A stretch of 64,000 bases of DNA from Macrostomum lignano (taxonomy: Eukaryota): NCBI GenBank assembly GCA_002269645.1, contig NIVC01000463.1, forward strand, positions 183,760-247,759. Reading direction: 5' to 3'. How positions within the stretch are numbered: position 1 is the stretch's first letter; each line of letters opens with the position of its first letter. The notes below the pieces were generated by a model. It was not told the origin of the DNA. It saw only the letters and a list, made by a program, of their open reading frames with translations, and did not search any database. Positions 56,004-64,000 of the stretch are shown here, one piece after another. The position numbers and the translations under genes are program-made.

Positions 56004-56918
56004 TCAATGTCGACGCCGCCAATTCGACAGCCACGGATGCCTCAAAGCCTGAGCGCTGGTCGGCCGGTCCTCCGGTTGGGTCTTCGTCAGCTGGGCTAGG
56101 AAGTCCGCGGCCAGACGAGACGCTGGCGTCCAGTTGTTTCGATGCTGCCCGACGCTCGTCAGCACCTCCCGGATGACCAGGCCAGCCGACCAGATGTCCG
56201 CAGCGGGCGTGGCAACCTCGGGCAGCTCCGGGGCCGCGTAGCCTGCAGTCCTGGCGGTGGCCACCCTGCCGGCAATCACTGAACCGAAGTCTACCAGGGT
56301 AAGCGACGCGATGTCGTTCGGATCGTCCAGGACGATGTTCTCCGGCTTGACGTCGGCGTGGACAAACCCGGCCGAGTGCAGCCGACGAAGTTGGCGAAGA
56401 AGTGCCGAGGCGAAGCGCGACGCGGTGGCCTCTTCGACAGCGGCGCCGAGACTGCGCTGACGTCGCAGACGGTTCAACGCCTGACGCAGCGAACCGCCGG
56501 TGCGATGCGGCGTCAGCAACGCGGCGCAGCTGTCGTTCAGCAGCATGGCGTCACGATGGAGACCGAGCCGAACATTGACCGTCAGCTCAGCTAGTAGGCG
56601 ACGTCGATCCGCTGGCGATTCGATGCGGACGAACTTCGCGGCTAATGACTTCGGCGATCCGGTGTGCGCCCGCTGGGGCATTGTGTCAACAGCGGAAACA
56701 ACGAAGCCCGAAGATCCGGCGCCGAGTTGGTCGCCCAAACGGAATCTGGCATAGAACTCAGCCTCGCTGACCGGCTGCAGGTGGCTGGTACGTTTGAGAA
56801 GCTGCCGAGTGCTCAAAAGGGCTTGGCAGCTGTCTGAATGAGCCGTACTTGCATTAATAACAAGCTGAAAAGTGAGCCAGAAGACTGGTGAAAACTGAAT
56901 CAAGTATAAAATTGACAT
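56004..56918 (-). CDS. Intronless Ser/Thr protein kinase, CAMK-group-like (DAPK/MLCK-like, non-RD), 304 aa
   Basis: GAGSSG loop, LAAK, alphaC Glu (LLAEL), HADVKPEN, DFG, YAAPE, DIWSAG, RPTSAQALRHPWL. The 5' end is uncertain (splice acceptor at 56865). Confidence 0.88.
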   Translation of the reverse strand: MSILYLIQFSPVFWLTFQLVINASTAHSDSCQALLSTRQLLKRTSHLQPVSEAEFYARFRLGDQLGAGSSGFVVSAVDTMPQRAHTGSPKSLAAKFVRIESPADRRRLLAELTVNVRLGLHRDAMLLNDSCAALLTPHRTGGSLRQALNRLRRQRSLGAAVEEATASRFASALLRQLRRLHSAGFVHADVKPENIVLDDPNDIASLTLVDFGSVIAGRVATARTAGYAAPELPEVATPAADIWSAGLVIREVLTSVGQHRNNWTPASRLAADFLAQLTKTQPEDRPTSAQALRHPWLSNWRRRH

Positions 56919-57849
56919 CTTCTAAGGAGTTCAGATGAGAGCTTTCAGAGCATCATTAATATAAAACTGTATGGGAATCTTATAGCTTGTCTCTTCTGTG
57001 CATCTTTTGCATTTTGTACACACTCGAAACCTTTCTGTCTCTTGCCATCTCATTTTCACCCAACACCAAAAGGCTGCACGTTGATATCTTGAAGACTGTA
57101 GAACAATGCAAGCCTTAGCGTGTAAATGGCTATGGTTGGGGGGACGGGCATGCATGAGCAGTGTGCACATTTTAGGCGTACACATCAACTCAAGCTGAGT
57201 TCTGATAGCGTGCTCGGAGTTTTTCGCGTGCAGGCGCTTTAATATACGAGTCGTAATTATGCTTGGAAGTGAAATCCAGTTAATATGCCTTCTGGAGGGG
57301 TGAGGCCGTTTCTTCTCAACTCTTGAAATTACGGATGCAAAGAGAGAGCAGCATCGCTAATTATATATCTTAAGACAGGCAATGCAGACTTGGAATATTG
57401 CATGCTATTGGGTATTTTTAGATGCCGTGTGCCGAAGCAAATTGCTCCTCATGGCCATTGTTTTCTTTCTTCAGAAAGAGGAAAGCTTCTAATTTTCGCA
57501 GAGTCAGGTCTAGAAACTTATACTTTTCTTCATCTCGAAATTTTCAAAAACTGTCCTAAATCATTGCTTTAAAATTCACTAGAAAGCCTAGCAAAAGATT
57601 TTAAGCTAATTTAATTTCAAGGATCTATCAGTGAAGTTTTCTTGCTTTCTTAATTGTCGCGTTAGAATCAAAATTTTTGTGCTAGCACAGAAAAGTTTGT
57701 ACATGTACTATACAAGTATAGTCATTTGTAGTTTTCTAATTCATTCTAGTGCAATAATACGTAGAAAGTATATGATCGTATGCTGTGCTTCCCTGTCTTA
57801 TAACAATCTTGTTTGAAGCCGAAAATACGCTTCTGTTTTTTATTAGATT

Positions 57850-58070
57850 TCCCGATTGGTTAAAGAGCGAATGGTCGCATCCGCGAGCCATCCGCCTTAA
57901 TATCCTTCCTCTCGCGCCAATAGGGCTTCATCGATTGCCTGGCCTGAGCCAAAAGCGCTGGGAGTTTTCACTGCCGCTCATCATTTGTAGACGGAAGCAG
58001 ATTTGGTTTCTTTAGCTCCTCCTCTCTTCCCCCATACTAACCGCCCCCCCGCGCCGCCTGCTTTTAAAGC
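57850..58070. promoter_or_regulatory. Putative promoter in the divergent kinase/NCS intergenic region
   Basis: ATTGG at 57855, CCAAT at 57917 and GC-box-like ccgccccc near 58041. Motif match only. Confidence 0.35.
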
Positions 58071-58185
58071 ATTAACATTCCCGTTTGCATAGTCTGTAGT
58101 TGCCGGGATCCTGTCAAGCAATATCCGGCCCTGTTGTTCAAGAAGTTATTATCAATCAGCCGCATCGCATGGCAGGGAGACGGCA

Positions 58186-58677
58186 ATGACTCAGTGCAGG
58201 TCAGTAGCCCCGCTGGAGCTCGACGCCGAGTCCGTGGCATTCCTAGCCGACGCCAGCAGTCTGACCGGAGACCAGGTGCGCCAGCTGTACGCTGACTTCA
58301 AGGCCACTCAGCCGTCCGGAAGCCGATCTGACTTTCTCAACCTGCTAGCCAAGACGCACAGCTCGGCTGAACTGTTGCGCAAGAAGGCGCATCAATTCTT
58401 TGAATTATTTGACGCCAATAAAGATCACAGCATCTCAAAAGACGAGGTGTTGACTATAATGAACACCGTCTTTCAGACTGCTCGCGATCGCGGCGTACAG
58501 CTGAGAAAGACGCCACTGCAGGTGTGCGAAGACTTCTTCAAACAGCTGGACACGGATAGGAACTGCCTGATCTCGCACCAGGAATTCGTTGAGGGCGTCC
58601 TCACGGATCCCGATCTGCTGAGAATTCTGCAGACGCCTGAAGTTATGGAAACCTTAGGGCGGTGGGCGGACAGCTAG
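58186..58677 (+). CDS. Neuronal calcium sensor (frequenin/NCS/recoverin family)-like EF-hand protein, 163 aa, intronless
   Basis: EF1-type LYADFKATQPSG. EF loops DANKDHSISKDE and DTDRNCLISHQE. Family C-terminus EFVEGVLTDPDLLRIL. Confidence 0.88.
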   Translation: MTQCRSVAPLELDAESVAFLADASSLTGDQVRQLYADFKATQPSGSRSDFLNLLAKTHSSAELLRKKAHQFFELFDANKDHSISKDEVLTIMNTVFQTARDRGVQLRKTPLQVCEDFFKQLDTDRNCLISHQEFVEGVLTDPDLLRILQTPEVMETLGRWADS

Positions 58678-60792
58678 CTGACCTGATGCGGCGCTTTGAC
58701 AACAGACTGACATTCCGGCAGGAGCAAATATATGGGTCATAATAGTTTTATGCTTGTTCATGCCTAGAGTCCTATGATAGCAATGGTAGATTGGGTGCCT
58801 TTACAAAGTTACTAGAGAACTCTGGGATTCTACACAAGAAAGGATGTAAACTCAAGCACCGGAATGGATTTCGAAGTGAAGCTCCAAACCAAGCCAACTG
58901 ACTTATAGGAAGCCAAAAAACTCTCAGGTGATGGGTTCCACTGGTCTCATCATTAATCTCTATTTTAGACTTTTCGGACCTGAGCTTCCGGTTCAGATTC
59001 GGTGCTTAAGTTGACAACATATGGAGGCAGGTCGAAGTTTTCAAATCTACTTTAAAGTGTCGTTAGCACTATTGCTGTCAGTTTTAACGGTGTTATACTC
59101 GATGCGCAGTGCTGTATATGCAAGGACACCTCGCGCATGCTGCGTACTGTGGATCAGCGATCGTGTAATTTGCAATAAATCATCATATTTATTTTCAATT
59201 CCAAAATCGCTGTGTAATAACTTCTGTTAAAAAATAAACGCCCATGCTTTCGCTTCAAAGCTTCATAACTAAAAGTGCACCACGTTCCGTTACATGCCTC
59301 GATGCCCATGCAGGTAAATTCAGTAGTGTTGTTTTACCCACTTTTTGATGTTGGTTTATTTATTATGCTACCAGAAACGGTTAGTCTAATAAGGGTTAAA
59401 AGCTTATTGAATGTTTTAGGAGTATATAGCTACATTTAGCGTTCCTATAATTCACATAAGCAAAGTTGTGAGCCTGTCGCAATTGATTTGTGCCTGCGGA
59501 TTGCGGAACAGCTGGCTTGCCGCACCATCAGGGAAACTGTGCGAGAAAAGGACTTTAAGTGCCATGGAGGCACACGTGTTAGGACACATCACTGTCCCGT
59601 CTGCTGCATGTCCGTCGATCCTCGCTGCCCCCCCCCTCCTCGCAGAATCGATTCTTGCAAACATAGCACGACTAGCATTTAGCGGTTCTCGCGTTTTGGT
59701 CGATGAAGACGCAGCTAGCAGCTACATGTATATGGAGTGATGGACAGTTGTTGTTGGTGAAATAGAAGGTGTACTACGTAGCTCGTATGTGTTTTGCCTG
59801 GCAATAAGCTCTGTAGCTCTGGTATTTTTACGGGACCTGCACATCCTTAAAATCTACTTTTACACGTACAGGTAAAAACATAAAGATATATAAAGACAAT
59901 AAACATGTAAAAGATACCACAGAACAATGAACCTAAGACCTACATGTAAATTTACGAGTATAGTGTATTTATTTGCAAATTGTATCGGCATGGATCGAGA
60001 GACTGACTGTAAACATCACGACATCGTCCTATAATTATATTATGCTTCTCTGGTTTGGATCAGCTGCCGAGTATATAATTTCTGCTCGCGAATCGCTGTA
60101 GGCTTTTAATTTGTGTAGCTCATTTGTTTCCCGAGCGCTGCTACATGAGTCTAATTCCCTGTCCTACAAGTAGAGCTTAACATTTCAATTTCCTGTGCGC
60201 TCGAAATAGACGCAGAATGCAAATGTGTGTTTTTTACTCACAAAGTATCAATAGATCAGCTGACTGAACTTACATGCAAATAAGAGCTCCCCATTAGTTA
60301 TTACACATGCATGGCAGTTCAAAATCCACGTCGTGACGAGGGATAAAATTTGTTTCCAAGCGATCAAATTGCAGAACTAAAAATACAATATCTATATTGG
60401 CTATTTATACAGGGGTCCATGGGCGACATTTCTGTGCATGTACAGAACCTGCAACCAATTTTGATGTAACTTAACTTTTAATTAACATGTAAGTTTGTGT
60501 TGCAATTAATTTTATTCCGGTAATGGGTACATTTAACACAGTGGGCCTAATTTTCATATTGCTTGTTCTGGTTCCAGAACCAGAACGAATTTGTGAAGTA
60601 TAACTTTTTGTCTCCATAACTAGAGGGAGATACGTGCTATAAAGTTTTTATTATTGAATGACAATCGCCAAGAAGAAAGTGAAAATTGTGCTAAGTGAGG
60701 TTGTTAAGGCAGTCAAACATTCAACAGAATTAAATAGTTATACTGCTGTTTTTCTTGGTAGATCCGAACCGATTCTGATTCTGGAATTGGTA

Positions 60793-62157
60793 ATATGAAA
60801 AGCCTCACTGTGACATACTCGTAAACATAAAAAACTCTGAACTACATTCTATATATCTATATCTATCTATGCTTATATCAAATCAATCGAATTAATAAAA
60901 ACATCTTCCGGTAAATATATACTAACAGCCGTAGAATACAAGCAGCTGAGGTCGTCAGTCTGTCTTTCATAGATAAATAATTAGCCAGAGTTTAATTAGA
61001 TAGCTTTTGTTTTGTTTAAATGTGTCGGATTTTAAAATCGCGAGCACTATAATTCAAAGTTCGACTTTCCTAGACACTTTAGGTTTTTTAGTTCTCGATT
61101 ATTTGGCACGGGATTTGTATGATTTGCATGTGCATGGCTTAGTTCAGTATGTTTGCTTGTGTCTCTGCTGTGCCAGTTGTCACAAAGTGTTTCATTGATC
61201 TTGCAAAAGACCTTGGCCTATAGCCAGGTCTATTCTACTCAATAAAAAATATACTTCAGTTTTATTTTTTCTTATCCATTGTCAGTCATTGTCAATTTGT
61301 CATTAATGTGTTTTAATTCGTAGGATATTTGGATAATATGCATAAGATATTTGAATTAAAGCTATTAGACTATTAATTTATAGTCTTTGCAATTAGGTAG
61401 TAAGGTAGTGGCATATAACATATCCTTATTGTTTAGGCCAATAACTGGTAACCCTAGTCCCTAGGCATTGCTTAATAAATTAGGCCTACCACCTATGGTG
61501 CAATTGTTACCATTTGAAAAACTACAACTTAGCCCTTCAGCCTTATTGTTATGAAACTTGTGTTGTATTGAATAAATAAGTCTTGGTCTATTTAATAATA
61601 ATATTTTTGGGGGCTTTGTAGGTTATAAACTATAAATTCAGCTTAGGCCTACTCAAAAATTGGCACAAGTTAAAGCTGGCAAAGTCAGATTGTCCAAATA
61701 AAATTTGGTAAACCAATAACCTATCTCAATAAAAAAGTGACCCACTTTGACAAAGGCAATAGCCATAGTTTTAAACATCTTGAATGTATGCCAGACTAAA
61801 ATCTGGCAATTTATATGATGTGCTAGTTTATGGCATATAGCAATTTTTTTCCAACTCGAAAAATTTGTAATCCTAGAAAAAAGAAGGCTTGTTACAAGCT
61901 TTATTTCTAGTGTTGCGGCACACTAAATGACCTTTTTTGCTCCTTCATTTTACTTTTTTGCTTTTTTGCTAATACTCTTTATAGCAAGAAGTCAATATAT
62001 GCCAAGATTTCTTTCATTCGTTCAAAATAATTACTTTCCATTTAAATTCACTTTTATTTCACAATTTGATTCTGCAACTAGGCCTACAAGATATGAAAAG
62101 CCTCACTGTGACATACTCGTAAACATAAAAAACTCTGAACTACATTCTATATATCTA
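60793..62157. repeat. Perfect 67-bp direct repeat pair (60793-60859 and 62091-62157)
   Basis: atatgaaaagcctcactgtgacatactcgtaaacataaaaaactctgaactacattctatatatcta is identical in both copies. Confidence 0.9.
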
Positions 62158-64000
62158 AACACTTTTCAATATCCATTTTTATATGCTAGATAGTATGCCA
62201 GTGTAAAAAAAATTATATGCCAAGTAGTATACCAAAAATTGTGAGTATACGCCAGATTAATCTAGCATACCAGGGTCCAGATTGTGTAGTAGTATATGCT
62301 AGAACAAGAATCCTATCTCAGGTAAATGTATGCCAGTGTATACCAAAAACAAAAAATTTCCCTAAAATGTATGTCAAAAATTCCTCCTAAAAAAGGTCAT
62401 TTGGTTTTCATGAGTAGAGTTTTCTAAGAAAGGCTTTCTTAAATATACAAATACAAAGTCTTTTTAAATATTAAAAATATTTTCATTTTAAACAAACTTA
62501 AATTAAACCTACGGAAAAAATAATGCAAAATTTACATTCTTAGCAATCATTTACAGTAGTTTTATTTATTGTTAATTTTAAAGAAGCAAAAAGTTTATCA
62601 TTGGCTTTCTAGACTATACAAATTTTCCTTCATTTTATGTAAAAAGGTTAATTTACATTAAAAAAAATTGGGTTTAAGCTCTAAGTTCAAATCTTTGCAT
62701 AGCAGTTTTGAAACAAAAGGTGCAAGCAATTTTTTTGTACAAGTTTTTTACCCTAAACTGTACAAGTTTTTGGTGCTTAAATTTTATTAGCCACTTTTCT
62801 TAGGATATCTCATACAAAGTTTAAATATTTTCATAAAAATTTATAGACCTACTTCTGTTTTAATGTTCATCTAATGCTCAGTGGCTTTGCTTTTAAATGC
62901 AATAACTTTGTTTTATTGTTACAAGCCGTAGTTAGGAAAGTGGCCTTTATGCTAGTAAATTCTGGCATATTTTTGCCCTTGCTAACAATCTTGGCATATA
63001 CTTGATATATAGAATTTTCAAATTCAATATATGAAGTATAGAGAGTTGGCATACAAAAACGCATATAAAAAAGCCAAGTTCAGGCAGGCCTTGAGATGGG
63101 GGTCAAGAAAAGAAAAAATTATTGTGGTTGTCAATATGGTTTTGTAGGAATTGTAAATTCAAATTGCCACTATCCATAACTTGGCACTCATAAAGCTGCA
63201 AAGTTTCACAGACTTGTTTAGGTCAATTATCTCCTTGGATATTCCATCAGCTCCCTCAATACCAGGGGGGAGGTAGTCATAATTGTAGTTGAGCAGTTAT
63301 TTAATAGGCGTAGTTGTTCAGATTGGGTCCTTAAACATTAAGATCAATGTACATTGAATACTTAGCTGATTACTGTCAGTAGAGTAACATTGCTAGCACT
63401 GTAATTTTATATTATGGAACATTGAAGTCTCAGAGCTTTCTTTAAGATGAGAGCTGCTGGTTATTTAATGCCCCACAGGCAAATGACTTAAGATAGGCTA
63501 TGGCTTTAATATTAAAACAAATAAATATGGTTTTCAGTGCTAATATCAATTATTATTAATTGTTAGGCTTAAATTACAAAGAAAATAAAACTAGTTAATT
63601 GATAGAAAAGAGGAGCCAATACCAACAAGGTTTATCTAGTGTGCTGGGTGTGGAATAATAATTAGCTAAGTTAATAGTAGTGGTATTTATTAGCAAATTT
63701 AATGAATGGAGAATAAAATGAAGTCAAGGACAAGGGCATAGTCAAGCACAAGATCAAGGAACATAGAAAAGAAATGCAACAAAGGAAGGAAGGAAGAGAA
63801 GGCACAATGAGCCCTATTGGAATAAGTTTCAAAAACCCGCGACGCGCGACACGGGTGCCAAAATTGTCCCTCAAAAGTGCAACGCAACACCAAATTTTGT
63901 TGGCTGTGGGCAGCGACGCGCAACACAACACCAATGTCTGTTGACCAAATGACCGAAGGGGAGGACGCCACAGCAGCCACGTTGCAATTGAACAATTCTC

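Noticed and set aside
59488-59682. DHHC or FYVE zinc finger (RTHHCPVC)
   Set aside because: The other Cys/His ligands and the DHHC spacing are absent, and the ORF is short and isolated.

Overview
Eukaryotic (animal) genomic DNA with spliced genes and a very high density of unrelated minisatellites. The style suggests a free-living flatworm such as Macrostomum, but that is inference only. Gene models were built by hand from splice signals and phase matching. (1) A 4-exon gene for a ~2450-aa disordered orphan protein ending in ETSV (4457-13431,+). (2) UQCRB/QCR7 (16318-17166,+). (3) An intronless, frameshifted neprilysin/M13-like gene lacking HExxH (18642-20935,+). (4) A 133-aa orphan ORF (23381-23782,+). 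(5) A lone Hox1/labial gene (43537-27256,-) whose single 15.5-kb intron holds about eight tandem arrays and a full-length LOA/R1-type LINE with a 13-bp TSD and a TAATG stop-start overlap. (6) Three small spliced genes at 46.9-52.5 kb, including a type I membrane mucin-like protein and a candidate gene whose intron is an (AGGT)n microsatellite. (7) A head-to-head pair of a minimal non-RD CAMK-type kinase (56004-56918,-) and an NCS-type calcium sensor missing one EF-hand (58186-58677,+). Mobile elements also include four CORE-type tRNA-SINE copies, another SINE, and hAT/Harbinger-like MITEs, one only 37 bp long. Both window ends are CpG-depleted, AT-rich blocks. Most long ORFs in the supplied track are repeat artefacts. 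No CRISPR, rRNA or true tRNA genes were seen. Counts are by eye and approximate.
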